The translations under genes and the position numbers were made by a program. A DNA stretch of 64,000 nt from Opitutaceae bacterium. Lineage in GTDB: Bacteria; Verrucomicrobiota; Verrucomicrobiia; Opitutales; Coraliomargaritaceae. Positions 10,675-21,371 of this stretch are shown here, in pieces (position 1 is the stretch's first letter; every line of letters begins with the position of its first letter). Below the pieces are notes generated by a model. It was not told where the DNA came from and ran no database searches. It saw nothing but the letters and a program-made list of their open reading frames with translations. The stretch spans positions 426,259 to 490,258 of the forward strand of contig JBPOFY010000003.1 of NCBI GenBank assembly GCA_051252375.1, given 5' to 3'.

Positions 10675-10680
10675 TTACTC
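10616..10680 (+). other. attC-like recombination site (65 bp); its hairpin may also terminate the convergent genes
   Basis: GTCGAAC-caatc-GGAGTGAG ... perfect 10-bp hairpin ACGGCTAAGC-tac-GCTTAGCCGT (10638-10660) ... CTCATACTC-acc-GTT. Confidence 0.6.
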
Positions 10681-13086
10681 CGAAGGAATGAGTCCTTGGA
10701 AGAGACTGCTGCTGACGTAGATCTTGTAGTCTTTGATTTTGCCTGGGTTGGCTCCGTTGCGGGGGAGATAGCGTAAGGTGCGGAATTTCTGAACCTTGCC
10801 TAGATCGATGACGATTTGGTGTGGGTGAGGGGAGTTCGCGCCCTTGCCGGTGTATTGCGTGTGCCAGAAGGTGACGGGTTGGTTGTCCATGACGTTGCTG
10901 GCTGATGTGGGCTCGGCAATAATCTCTTCGCTGTCGGCATAGATGACCTGCCAGTTGTCGCGGTCTAGCCAGTTGTCCTTGTCGTCGATCAAGTGGATTT
11001 CGGCAATCGTGGCGTGCTTATCGTTGGAGTGTGAACTGAGCGCTTCGATACAGACGTAGCGTGCTTCGATGGTTTGACCGAAGTCGACGAGTTGCGCGTC
11101 GTCGCCATTCTGGAATTTGCCGTGGGCGATGGCCTTTTGGTTGGCGAGCTGGATGGTTTCACCTTCCTTGCGGTTGTAGCTGAGGTTGGGGTCGACTTGT
11201 AATCCGTAGATCATTTCGGTCACGCCTTTGATGCTGTGGTGCCCGGTCGGCTCGATATCCATGACGATGACTTCGTTGGCACCTTCTTTCATCCAGCAGC
11301 CTGGCATGTAGAGTGTGTATTGAGGGCCGATCGCCCAAAAGCGACCTAAGTTGATGCCGTTGACCCAGACCATGCACTTGCCCCAGCCAGTCATGTCGAG
11401 GTAGGTGTCGCCGACGGTATCGACGTTGAACTCGCCGCGATAAAAGACCGGAAAAGGAGACGCTTCGGCTGGCGCATCGCTAAATTGCAGGCTCGCAATG
11501 TCGTCCAATTCCAGCGGGAAGGTGCGGATGTTCCAACCCAGCACCGGTTGGTTATTTAATGTGACATCGCCGAGACCTTTGCGATCGGTCATGAGCTCGC
11601 GGGCGTAGTTGAGGTGCCCCATGTTTTCGAGCAGGATGTCGAGTTGCACTTTACCAGCGGGTAGGGCAATCGTTGTGCTGCTTTGTTTGATGCGACGGTC
11701 CAATGTGGCGACACGCTCACCGTTGACGATGATGATGGCGCGGTCCTTAAGAGCGCTGAAAGCGAGCTTATGTTCACCGGATTTTTTAACGGTCAGTTCT
11801 GTGCTGTAGATGGCAAGCCCCTGATTTTGGTCGAGCGCTTCCATGTGTGGTGGGACCTTGGTAATGAACGGATCCTTTGCCAGTTGTTTGAATGCCGCTG
11901 TCTGTGTGAGCGTAAACTCAGGCACTTCTATACGATGGATCTGTGCAGGAGCTTCCGGCAACTCGTAGTCGGTGGGCAGATACTTTTTGATGGTATCGCG
12001 GAAGATGTAGAATTTCTCGGTGATACGGCCGGTTTCATCCATTGGGGAGTCGTAGTCGTAGCTGGTGGTGTCTGCGCTGTATTGGCCGGAAGACCAGTTG
12101 GCACCAGAGTTGAACCCGAAGTTGGTGCCGCCATGCAGCATGTAAACGTTGAAGGAAACGCTGTTCTCTAGCATCCAGTCGATCTGCTTAATGAACGGTG
12201 CGAGTGCTTTCGTGTGGTGCTTGGAGCCCCAGTGGTCGAACCAGCCGACCCAGTATTCGCCACACATTCTAGGCATGCCCGGATACTCTTTGTCGAAAAA
12301 TGCGAAAGCGGAGTCTGCGCCACCACCGAAATTCATCGTGGTGTAAACGCCGTCGATGTGAGCCGTGCCAATCGTTTTCTTTTTAGGCCAGTCGCAGCGG
12401 ATGAACATGGTGTCAAATCCGGCATCCACGAGCTGGTCGTAGATCGCGCGGTTGTAGGCCATGTCGTCCTTGTTTCCGGGGCGACCGAATTGACCGTATT
12501 CGTTTTCTACCTGCACTTGAATGATGGGACCGCCGTGTGTGACTTGCAGGTCTTTGAGTTGTTCGCCGACTGCCTTCATGTAGCGCGCAGTGGCTTCGAG
12601 GAATTTAGGATCATTGGTGCGCACCTGCATTTCAGGATCCTTGAGCAACCACGCTGGCATACCACCAAAGTCCCACTCCGAGCAGATGTATGGACCTGGG
12701 CGAACGATCACCCACATGCCTTCCTCTTGGCAGACGCGCATGAATTCGGCGATGTCTAGGTTGCCGGTGAAGTCGAACACGCCGGGTGACTTCTCGTGGG
12801 CATTCCAAAAAATGTAGGTGCCGATACAATTGAAGCCCATCGCTTTGGCTTTGCGGATACGGTCGCGCCAGTATGCACGGGGCACGCGGGGGTAGTGGAC
12901 GGAGCCGGAAATAATGACTGCGGGCTGATCATCAAAAGTGAAGTGTCCTCCGGATTCGCCAAAGACGGGCTGCTTTTCGCCTACTGGATTCGGTCTTGGT
13001 GGCATCGGTAGAGTTTTGCCCACGGCAGCATGCACGCTGCAGAGTAATGTAACTAAGAGGGTCACTGTTTTTAGTTTTTGGAGCAT
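10675..13086 (-). CDS. GH35 beta-galactosidase with C-terminal F5/8 type C (CBM32-like) domain
   Basis: SGSVHYPRVP, RPGPYICSEW, GGPIIQVQVENEYG, CGEYWVGWFDHWG, TSYDYDSP; C-terminal FWHT...HPHQIVIDLG; start refined to 13086. Confidence 0.93.
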   Translation of the reverse strand: MLQKLKTVTLLVTLLCSVHAAVGKTLPMPPRPNPVGEKQPVFGESGGHFTFDDQPAVIISGSVHYPRVPRAYWRDRIRKAKAMGFNCIGTYIFWNAHEKSPGVFDFTGNLDIAEFMRVCQEEGMWVIVRPGPYICSEWDFGGMPAWLLKDPEMQVRTNDPKFLEATARYMKAVGEQLKDLQVTHGGPIIQVQVENEYGQFGRPGNKDDMAYNRAIYDQLVDAGFDTMFIRCDWPKKKTIGTAHIDGVYTTMNFGGGADSAFAFFDKEYPGMPRMCGEYWVGWFDHWGSKHHTKALAPFIKQIDWMLENSVSFNVYMLHGGTNFGFNSGANWSSGQYSADTTSYDYDSPMDETGRITEKFYIFRDTIKKYLPTDYELPEAPAQIHRIEVPEFTLTQTAAFKQLAKDPFITKVPPHMEALDQNQGLAIYSTELTVKKSGEHKLAFSALKDRAIIIVNGERVATLDRRIKQSSTTIALPAGKVQLDILLENMGHLNYARELMTDRKGLGDVTLNNQPVLGWNIRTFPLELDDIASLQFSDAPAEASPFPVFYRGEFNVDTVGDTYLDMTGWGKCMVWVNGINLGRFWAIGPQYTLYMPGCWMKEGANEVIVMDIEPTGHHSIKGVTEMIYGLQVDPNLSYNRKEGETIQLANQKAIAHGKFQNGDDAQLVDFGQTIEARYVCIEALSSHSNDKHATIAEIHLIDDKDNWLDRDNWQVIYADSEEIIAEPTSASNVMDNQPVTFWHTQYTGKGANSPHPHQIVIDLGKVQKFRTLRYLPRNGANPGKIKDYKIYVSSSLFQGLIPSE

Positions 13087-13094
13087 AATAAATT

Positions 13095-15083
13095 TTAGTT
13101 TTGAGGTTCCCATTTTAAATCACGAAAGACGTCGCGGGCGAGTTTGGGTTGTCCAAGCTCATTGTAAAGTCCCATGCGGGACCAGCCATTAGAGTGTTCG
13201 TTGCCTGTATAAGTTTTGCGCGAGCGATAGTCGAGCAAGAGCCAGATTGTATAGCCCGATAATGGTGGCATGTGCTGAGTGAGCACTTCGTGTTGTCGGC
13301 GGAGTAAGTCGGCATGCCAATCTTCTGTGCTTACCTTATCTTTTGGACCGCGCCAGCCGTGGTAGGACCACGCACCGTTCTCCATAATGATGAGCGGTTT
13401 GTTCGGGTTTTGCTCAGTGGCTTCGCGCATGTCTGGGTCGAGGTCTTCGAACGGGTCCATCGCGCCGCGATATTCGTTGAAGCCGACCGCATCGGCATAT
13501 TCAAATTTTGGCTGACCTTTTGTCGGGTGCCACGCCGCCCAAGTGATGGGGCGCTTTTGCCAGTCGAGCTGTTTGGCGATCGCGTTTCCGGCTTTGAGGA
13601 AATCTTCATATTCTGGGCAAAATTGGTGCGCTTCGTTATGTGTGCCCCAGAGCACGACAGACGGGTGGTTCATGAGGTCCCACACTGCGCAACGTTCGAG
13701 TGAATGATAGATCGATCGATCGTCCTGGCTTTGAGCGCGCATGGACTTTTCATTATACCAGAAGCCGCCCCATTCTCCGCAAATAAGGACGCCGAGTTTG
13801 TCCGCCAGTTCATAGACGTAGGGAGCGCGCTGCCGGACATGCAGGCGGATGAAGTTGGCGTCGGCCTCTTTACTCAGGCGAAAGTAATCTTCGTGATCTT
13901 TTTCGGTGAGTGCATGACCGCGTTCCGGATGCTCTTCGTAGAAGGAGACGCCCTTAAGGAATATCGGCTTACCGTTTAGTTCGAAGCTCGCGCCTTTGGT
14001 TTCAAATGTGCGTATGCCGAATCGAGTTTGTAGGCTATCTATTTGGCGCGTGCCTTCTTTGAGGGTGCTGCTCAGTTGTTGAATCGCCGGCGATTCGGTA
14101 GACCATTGCTTGGCGTCCTCTTTGATTGGCGCGGTGAAACGAAGCACGCGCTTTTGGTTTGGCTCAAGGCGAACCGTTTGCGGGGTAGGGGATGTGCCGA
14201 TCGCGGCTGATGCGATACTGACTTCTACCGTGCGAACCGAAGTATTATAATTCTCAATACAGACGGCAGCTTCGAGGCGACCTTCAATCGTGCGTATCTG
14301 AGTCTTACGAATGTTGACTGCGTTCTCAGAAACTAGAGTGACTGAACGGCTGATGCCGGCATACGGCCAGTTGTCCGGTGCTTTAGGGTGCTGGGTATGC
14401 ACGGGTCTAAGCTCATCGAATCCCTTGCCGTCTTTTTTCGCGGTGTAATTGGTGAGCCGGATGACTTGCACGGCTAGGGTATTGTTGCCCGAGCGAATTG
14501 ATTTTGTGATATTGACGGAGAACGGTTGTCCGCCGCCCTCATGTTTAGCCAAGAGTTCGCCATTGAGAAAGACACGGGCACGTTGCTGCACACCTAAAAA
14601 CTCGAGGCGATATTGGCGACCTGTTTCAGGACGCAGTGTGAAATCTTTCCGATACCATGCCGCACCGTCGTAATGAGGAGGGTTGGTGACGCTTCGATCG
14701 CTCCAGTCCCAGAAACGCCCGCCTGGCATCATGTCCCAGCAATGCGGCACTGTGACGGCAGTCCAATCGTCGATATTCCTTGTGGAATGCCATTCTTCAG
14801 CCATGCCTCGGGCCTCGGGATCGAAGCTGAATTTCCATGCGCCATCCAGTGAGGTGCGCATTCGATCAGAGCCGTTGGCGCGGTCATTAAAGTCGGGACG
14901 AATTTCGCCGTATTGCAACACCACGGGAAAGTCATCGATTACGGCGGTCTCGATTTGCATGGCATGTGCAAAGTCTGGCGCATCGGCCATATCGTCCGCA
15001 TGGACATATCCTGCTATCAACGTCGCGCAGATGAGTGCACGACCGGCATAGGTAAATGGAGTGAAAGTTTTTGAAAAATTCAT
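13095..15083 (-). CDS. GH2 glycoside hydrolase (beta-galactosidase/glucuronidase-like)
   Basis: SLDGAWKF, GAAWYRKDF, FGIRTF...LNGKPIFLKG, NHPSVVLWGTHNE, IIMENG; start refined to 15083. Confidence 0.9.
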   Translation of the reverse strand: MNFSKTFTPFTYAGRALICATLIAGYVHADDMADAPDFAHAMQIETAVIDDFPVVLQYGEIRPDFNDRANGSDRMRTSLDGAWKFSFDPEARGMAEEWHSTRNIDDWTAVTVPHCWDMMPGGRFWDWSDRSVTNPPHYDGAAWYRKDFTLRPETGRQYRLEFLGVQQRARVFLNGELLAKHEGGGQPFSVNITKSIRSGNNTLAVQVIRLTNYTAKKDGKGFDELRPVHTQHPKAPDNWPYAGISRSVTLVSENAVNIRKTQIRTIEGRLEAAVCIENYNTSVRTVEVSIASAAIGTSPTPQTVRLEPNQKRVLRFTAPIKEDAKQWSTESPAIQQLSSTLKEGTRQIDSLQTRFGIRTFETKGASFELNGKPIFLKGVSFYEEHPERGHALTEKDHEDYFRLSKEADANFIRLHVRQRAPYVYELADKLGVLICGEWGGFWYNEKSMRAQSQDDRSIYHSLERCAVWDLMNHPSVVLWGTHNEAHQFCPEYEDFLKAGNAIAKQLDWQKRPITWAAWHPTKGQPKFEYADAVGFNEYRGAMDPFEDLDPDMREATEQNPNKPLIIMENGAWSYHGWRGPKDKVSTEDWHADLLRRQHEVLTQHMPPLSGYTIWLLLDYRSRKTYTGNEHSNGWSRMGLYNELGQPKLARDVFRDLKWEPQN

Positions 15084-15313
15084 TTTCGAATCGATGAGGC
15101 GCTTACATGGTCGAACAATAACTTGCACTGAATCTATACAGTAAATCGATCTATTGTTGGTATTATTCCTAGTATAGATACTTATTTAGAAATGTAGTCC
15201 CTTATTTACGTGGTAAGGTCCTTTTTATTTGGTGATATACTTCACTTGTTTGCTGACTTGTGATTAGGCGACCTCTCACTCTTATATCTCGTTTTAACAT
15301 TTATTTTCTACCC

Positions 15314-16831
15314 ATGAGAACTTTACTTATCCTGATTCTGTTAACGGCACCTTTCGTGACGTCCTTGCACGCGTCCCTGCAGTTGGCATCTCCATTTACA
15401 GATCACATGGTGTTGCAGCGCGATCAAGCTGTGCCCGTCTGGGGCTGGTGTGATACTGGCGAGAAGGTGGAAGTTCGCTTTGGCGATCAAGTTGTCAAAA
15501 CGATCGGTGAAGCTGATGGTCAGTGGCGAGTCGATCTCAAGCCACTTAAGGCATCCTTCGATTCAGAAGTGCTCACTGTTTCAACCGCTTCAGGTGAGCG
15601 CGTTGAATTGCAGGACGTTGTGGTGGGCGAGGTGTGGATTTGTTCAGGGCAGTCTAACATGCAGTTTGCCGTGAATTCTGTTCCCGAGATCAAGGCATTG
15701 ATCCCCACCGCTAAAAACATTCGCACCTTTGAAGTGAAGCGTATGGTCGCTTTCGATGAGCAAGCGCGCTGCGAGGGGGCTTGGAAAACCTCGATTCCTT
15801 CTAGTGCGGTGGCGTTCTCTTTTGCCTACATGCTCGAAGCGAAGGCGGACGTGCCAGTGGGGATTATTCTTACTTCTTGGGGGAGCTCCTCTCTGGAGGC
15901 GTGGATGCCGCGCGATATGGTTGAAACCGTCCCGCACTTTAAAACGATCATGGATGAGTTTGATGCTGACCAGGAGACGCGTTCTAAAATTGAATCCATT
16001 TTGAATGGACGGCAGCCATGGAGTCGGTCGGATGATGTCTTCCTGCGCCGTCAAACCAATATACTCTATAACGCGATGATGCACCCTTTGGCACCTTTTG
16101 CGTGTCGCGGTCTTGTCTGGTATCAGGGGGAGCGCAACACGCAGTCCATGCATGGTCTGGTGGACGCCCCGTTTTATTCCCGCAACAATTCGGGGATGTT
16201 GAAGTATGGTGATACTTTGAAGCAGTGGATTTTGCGCTATCGCCAAGAGTGGGAGAATGATGCGATGCACTTCCTAGTAGTGATGCTGCCGGGCTACGGT
16301 AAGTCGATCAACGGTGGTCCGTCGAGTGAGCCGGATAGCCCGGTTGCGCATTCATGGGCGTGGATACGGGAGTCTCAACTCAAGGCTTTGGATTTAGACC
16401 ATGTCGGTGTTTCTAATAGTATTGATTTGGGGGATGTTAAGAATGTGCATCCAAAGGATAAATTGCCGATTGGTGAGCGCTTAGCTTTGCTGGCTGCTCG
16501 CGACACGCTAGGACAGGCAATCGTAGCAGAAGGACCCGCGATGTCGGAGGTGGTGAAGACCAACGATTCGTTGATCGTTCATTTTGAGAATGCTGCTGGT
16601 CTGTCGACAAGCGATGGTGCGATGCCTTCTGGATTTTGGGTCTCCGGTAAATCTGGGAAATGGGTGCGAGCTACGGCCAAGATTGACGGCGGAACTGTTG
16701 TCCTTCGATCCGAAGAGATCAAAGAGCCGCTCTATGTTCGATATGCTTTTGCCGGATATCCAAAGGTTAATCTGGTGAATGGAGCCGGACTTCCAGCGTA
16801 TCCATTTCGCACGGATTCTTTTGCTCCGTAG
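15314..16831 (+). CDS. Sialate O-acetylesterase-like (SASA/SGNH) carbohydrate esterase
   Basis: DHMVLQR, GEVWICSGQSNM, WYQGE, VHPKDK, VRYAF, PFRTD; start refined to 15314. Confidence 0.9.
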   Translation: MRTLLILILLTAPFVTSLHASLQLASPFTDHMVLQRDQAVPVWGWCDTGEKVEVRFGDQVVKTIGEADGQWRVDLKPLKASFDSEVLTVSTASGERVELQDVVVGEVWICSGQSNMQFAVNSVPEIKALIPTAKNIRTFEVKRMVAFDEQARCEGAWKTSIPSSAVAFSFAYMLEAKADVPVGIILTSWGSSSLEAWMPRDMVETVPHFKTIMDEFDADQETRSKIESILNGRQPWSRSDDVFLRRQTNILYNAMMHPLAPFACRGLVWYQGERNTQSMHGLVDAPFYSRNNSGMLKYGDTLKQWILRYRQEWENDAMHFLVVMLPGYGKSINGGPSSEPDSPVAHSWAWIRESQLKALDLDHVGVSNSIDLGDVKNVHPKDKLPIGERLALLAARDTLGQAIVAEGPAMSEVVKTNDSLIVHFENAAGLSTSDGAMPSGFWVSGKSGKWVRATAKIDGGTVVLRSEEIKEPLYVRYAFAGYPKVNLVNGAGLPAYPFRTDSFAP

Positions 16832-17132
16832 AGGCGTCGCTGCGGCTCAAGGGCACTGCCGAAGATGCTAAAAATTGCGACACTAAGGGTCGTGTGATTC
16901 GTGGATAAGTAGATATTTTTGGATTGGGGTAATTCCCTTATAGCGCATGAAGCAGGACGGTGTAAGTCGAATTCTGTAAAAAGAGGGTTGCACACATCTA
17001 TGTGCGTCGTAGATAGTCATCTCTTCCCCCTGTTCCGCTGTGTTTAGCAGTCATTCATCTACTTTTAAATATATGGAATATTTGGCATTCACTGACCGGT
17101 GATTTTTCAGATTATTCCGTTTATCATCTTAA

Positions 17133-20100
17133 ATGATCTCTTTCAAAAGAAGCATTAGAATTCCTTTACGACAATTTGCACTCGCATTACTGATTGGTCT
17201 TTTCTGTGGCATCAGTCCGGTCTCTGCGCAGGTTAAAGAGACCTTAGCTGATCAGATTCAGCGAGCGACTACATTGATTCATTCGCGTCAACTTGTTGAA
17301 GCGCGGCCATTGTTGCAGAAGCTGAAGAATAATGAGCAGATCAACAAGGAGATGCATCCGCAGTTGGATTTCTACATAGCGCTCTCCTATATTTTCGAAT
17401 TCTATGATCGCGACAACAAAGGTGCGCTGGATACAGGGCTGGAAAATTTTCAAGCATTCCTAAAGGCATATCCGAAGGATTCCATGGCGCCTTTGGCTCG
17501 GTATAATGTCGCAGATATTTATGCCATTTCTAAAAAATTCAAAGAGGCATTGCAGTGGTATATCCCGCTCTATAATAATCCGGTCCCTGGAGTAGAGCGA
17601 AAGGAAGTCCTCAAAAAGATCGTTATGATCTATGTCGCCGAGCAAAAGTGGGAAGCAGGTCTTCCATATTTTGAGGCGAGTGTTCGCACCGCCGAGGATG
17701 CGACCGAGCGAACCACTTCTGCGGCCTACTTAATGATCGCACTGGCTAAAAAGGGTGATCTAGGGGATTCGCGGCAAATACTTGAGTTCTTTAAGAACCC
17801 GGCTCCGGTTTTTTATACACCTCGTTTCAACGCCGCGTTGATGGACGTCGGGGATCAATTGAAGGAAGAGGGCGACTTGCCGACAGCTAGTTTGTTTTAC
17901 CAATTTGTTCGTCCTTATGAGACCTTGGAAATCGGATTGTCGAACCATGTTCGTAACTTAGAGCGTCGAGTCGCGAACTTGGAAGGCAATACGGTGATGC
18001 GTAACTTCTATTTGGATGCGAAGACTGAGTTGGACAACGCCTTGGCTGATTTGGCTGCAGTGAGAGCCTCTAAGAACTATACGCCACTTCTTCACTGGCG
18101 TATCGCGAGTGTTTATATGGACATGGGGCGTGATTGGGAGGCTTTCTGGCGTTTCCGATTGATGGTCGATAAGTATCCGAAGCATGAATACGCTGAAGAT
18201 ATCTTGTTTTCTGCTTATTCGCTCGGTCGTAAGTTAGATCAATTGCCGATCGCTGAAGAGCTTTCTACTAAATATTTCTCCAACGATGACTATAAGAAGT
18301 ATCGCGGCACAATTGCTGATGAGATGTCGACGATCTATCAAGAAAGAGAGATGTATGATAAACTGTTCGAGCTCACATACTGGTATGTGGCGCGTGAGGG
18401 CGGAGACTCTGCCGCAGCCTTGTTGATGTTTAAACATGGTATGGCGCGTCTGATTCGTTTGGAGAATCAGAAGCTAATCGATGACTTTAGTATGTTCCGC
18501 AGTAAGCACGGTAAGACAAAGAATGCTGTTGTGATTAATTATTTCCTCGGGCTCGGGCACTTGCTTGAGCAGGACAACCAAGAAGCACTGGATCGTTTTG
18601 AGGAAGTGATCGCAGATCCGAACCCACGCTTCCGCGCCGACGCGTCTTTCCGTAAGGCACTGGCTGTTATGGGATTGGATCGCATTGCTGAGGCCCGCGA
18701 CCTGATTGTCGATTTCATTGATAAGTGGCCGGACAATCCGTTGCGCGCTCAAGCCGAATTGGTTTTGGGTAACTTGGTAGATATGTTAGGCGATTCCAGT
18801 AAGGCGCTGTCGCATTACTACCAGATTGAGCAGCATACCGATGACGTGGGTCTTCTCGCTCAAGGAGAATTGAAAATTTCCATTATCTTGGTTGATATGG
18901 GCAAGCAGGATTCAGCCATTGAGCGCTTGGAAAAATTCATTAAGTCATATGGCAATGAGCCTGAAAGCGTGCCAGTCGTGAAGGCATTAGCCAATATATA
19001 CAATGACATGGGTGAGCCCCGTTTCGCCCTGAATTTGATCAAAGACACGTTGACTCGTTTCTACACCTTAGCAGAGGTGGATCAAATCGATGGTTTCTTA
19101 GTTGAGTATATTAAGAAAGACCGCGAGCTCCGTGAAATGGAAGTGGTCACGAAGGCATTCTTTAAAGAGGTCGCAGAATCCCCCGAGTTGTTCCGTGAGT
19201 TAGTGGAGGATCGTGCGAAACAATACCGCTACTTCAAGGATCATCCGTTGGTCGACGGCTTGGTGAAAGAGCGTTTTGTGAAAGACAATGTTTACCGAAT
19301 GGCGATCACTGATCACTTCGCGATGATTGATAAAATGATTGTCCCGCCCGAAGGGATGCCACCTGTGCCGAATGCACTGGAGAAGGCATATGAATCGCAC
19401 CCTGTCAGCGAGATTGATGTATTTGTCGAACTTAAGGACGAAGTTGACGCGCTCAATAAGCAGATGCCGGAGATACCAGCAGATACTTGGTTGAAGGTAG
19501 AACTCAAGAAGGCTAAGTCGGAAGGCAATGTCGCACTTGCGGTCCGTATTATGGCAGCATTTGCACGTGCGGAAGAGCCAGAAGGTCGTCCAGATATGAC
19601 CACCATTCTGATACGTGAGAATGCTGAAGTGTGGGCAACCTTAGGTGTTGCTAGTAAGCTTTGGATCCTCGGAGAGATCGGCAGGATCAACCCCATCGAA
19701 GTCAGTGTTGTCCTTGAAGAGAATCGCTTGGAATACATGAACACCAGCGTCGAGTTGGAGATGTTGGAGTTGCATGCTAAGTGCTACCAGAAAATTGATT
19801 CGATTGATCAATCGATAGAGAAGTATAAAACTTTAATTAAGCGCTTCCCGACATCTCGTAACTCAGGTCTAGCAGCCCTCGAGATTGGTAAGATGGAAAT
19901 CGGGCGTAAGCATTTTGATGAAGCTCGTGAGATTTTGGAGTCGTTGTTGCATCGCAATGAATGGCGGGGTCAAATGCATGGTGATGCCTTACTTTGGATT
20001 GGTCGTGCATATGTAGAGGAAGGCAAACTGCCCGAGGCGCACGGTTTCTTTGAGCGCATCATGCTCGGTTACCCCGGATTTCAAGAACTATTGGCTCAAG

Positions 20101-20237
20101 GCTATTATGAGGACATGAAGGTGCTAAAGGCGATGGGTGAACCCGAGAGCGTGAAGACCGTGTATGAAGCTTTTATGATAACTCCTGGTCTAGAAGACAC
20201 TGCAGCAGCTGAACTTATCAGAAAGGAATTCGAATGA
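17133..20237 (+). CDS. Large secreted tetratricopeptide-repeat protein, 1034 aa (copy B)
   Basis: Signal peptide (PVSA-Q); TPR units (FLKAYPKDSMAPLARYNVA); C-terminal WRG...AHGFFER shared with 1886..4984. Confidence 0.85.
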   Translation: MISFKRSIRIPLRQFALALLIGLFCGISPVSAQVKETLADQIQRATTLIHSRQLVEARPLLQKLKNNEQINKEMHPQLDFYIALSYIFEFYDRDNKGALDTGLENFQAFLKAYPKDSMAPLARYNVADIYAISKKFKEALQWYIPLYNNPVPGVERKEVLKKIVMIYVAEQKWEAGLPYFEASVRTAEDATERTTSAAYLMIALAKKGDLGDSRQILEFFKNPAPVFYTPRFNAALMDVGDQLKEEGDLPTASLFYQFVRPYETLEIGLSNHVRNLERRVANLEGNTVMRNFYLDAKTELDNALADLAAVRASKNYTPLLHWRIASVYMDMGRDWEAFWRFRLMVDKYPKHEYAEDILFSAYSLGRKLDQLPIAEELSTKYFSNDDYKKYRGTIADEMSTIYQEREMYDKLFELTYWYVAREGGDSAAALLMFKHGMARLIRLENQKLIDDFSMFRSKHGKTKNAVVINYFLGLGHLLEQDNQEALDRFEEVIADPNPRFRADASFRKALAVMGLDRIAEARDLIVDFIDKWPDNPLRAQAELVLGNLVDMLGDSSKALSHYYQIEQHTDDVGLLAQGELKISIILVDMGKQDSAIERLEKFIKSYGNEPESVPVVKALANIYNDMGEPRFALNLIKDTLTRFYTLAEVDQIDGFLVEYIKKDRELREMEVVTKAFFKEVAESPELFRELVEDRAKQYRYFKDHPLVDGLVKERFVKDNVYRMAITDHFAMIDKMIVPPEGMPPVPNALEKAYESHPVSEIDVFVELKDEVDALNKQMPEIPADTWLKVELKKAKSEGNVALAVRIMAAFARAEEPEGRPDMTTILIRENAEVWATLGVASKLWILGEIGRINPIEVSVVLEENRLEYMNTSVELEMLELHAKCYQKIDSIDQSIEKYKTLIKRFPTSRNSGLAALEIGKMEIGRKHFDEAREILESLLHRNEWRGQMHGDALLWIGRAYVEEGKLPEAHGFFERIMLGYPGFQELLAQGYYEDMKVLKAMGEPESVKTVYEAFMITPGLEDTAAAELIRKEFE

Positions 20238-21358
20238 TCTCTATTCCATGTAAAATCTCCGGTCTTCTAGGGAAGACACTCAAGTTAGGCTTTGTGGCGC
20301 TAACAGCCTCTTCATCACTTCTTGGGCAAGCGGGTTCGAGTTATAAGTCGCCCGACTTTTCGAACCTTGAACCGATTCAATTAGAGATCGTCCAAGAAAG
20401 CGGTCCGCTCGGCGCGCGTTTCGTTCACCCGACAAGTGAGGGTGTTGAGATCGAAATGGTCGATGGTCATGGTATGATTATCGTGGGTTGGGATCATATG
20501 GAGCAATTCCAGATCAACAAGCCCATGACTGAATCGCTCAACATTGCGCTAGCTCAGCAGGATCCGAAGTTGAAGGCAGAGCAGTTGAAAGCCGAAGTGG
20601 TGCCACTGTTTCCATTGGCGAGTATCAAACCAGGTTCGACGAATATTCACCTGTTGATTGATGCCTATCTGAAAGCGATCATTGAAGCAGAACGCTGGGA
20701 AGAGGGTTATGAGGCTTCTCAAATTACGGCACTGAATCGCAGTCCTGCATCGACGGTTCTGTATTTCTACTCCATTGCGGAGAATCTCTTTGTCACTGGA
20801 AGGCAAGAAAAGGGGTTGAAGTTGTTGGACCAATTGGTGGCATCGCGTCCCCTTGAAGAATCCAGAGAGCAGACTTTGAAAGTCGCTAATCGTTTGGCAG
20901 ATTCACGCTTATTTGAGCCTGCATTTAGATTGTTTAAACCGATTGCTGCTCAAACAAAAGGTTTGGACGGTAAACTGGCTATCTTACGTGCTGCTTATCT
21001 TTGTCTAGAACTCGGCGATGACCAAGGAGCCGGAGATTATTTATTTCGTGCCAAGGAGATACCCGAAGAGAGCGTTGAAAGTGAAGGCAGTTATTATTTA
21101 GTTGTTGGCGTGCGTGCTTTTCTCAATGGCGACGCCAGTCTAGCGCTCAATCATTTAGGGCATGCCATGTCATTAGTAGAAGCGGATAGTAGCTTGAAAC
21201 TGGTCGGTCTCTACTTCACCTTCCTTGCTTATGAAAATCAGGAGCAAGCAGATATTTCAGTTAATATTTTAGATGAAATGAAGCTGCTATTCCCTGATGC
21301 CAGCTATACAAACGCTTTAGATAAAGAAACTTCAACCACTTCACAGTCAGAGAACTAA
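20234..21358 (+). CDS. Secreted TPR-like helical protein, 374 aa (copy B)
   Basis: ATGA overlap with the upstream gene; signal-like N-terminus; helical repeats ending LLFPDASY, like 775..1899. Confidence 0.75.
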   Translation: MISIPCKISGLLGKTLKLGFVALTASSSLLGQAGSSYKSPDFSNLEPIQLEIVQESGPLGARFVHPTSEGVEIEMVDGHGMIIVGWDHMEQFQINKPMTESLNIALAQQDPKLKAEQLKAEVVPLFPLASIKPGSTNIHLLIDAYLKAIIEAERWEEGYEASQITALNRSPASTVLYFYSIAENLFVTGRQEKGLKLLDQLVASRPLEESREQTLKVANRLADSRLFEPAFRLFKPIAAQTKGLDGKLAILRAAYLCLELGDDQGAGDYLFRAKEIPEESVESEGSYYLVVGVRAFLNGDASLALNHLGHAMSLVEADSSLKLVGLYFTFLAYENQEQADISVNILDEMKLLFPDASYTNALDKETSTTSQSEN

Positions 21359-21371
21359 ACCATAATAACTC

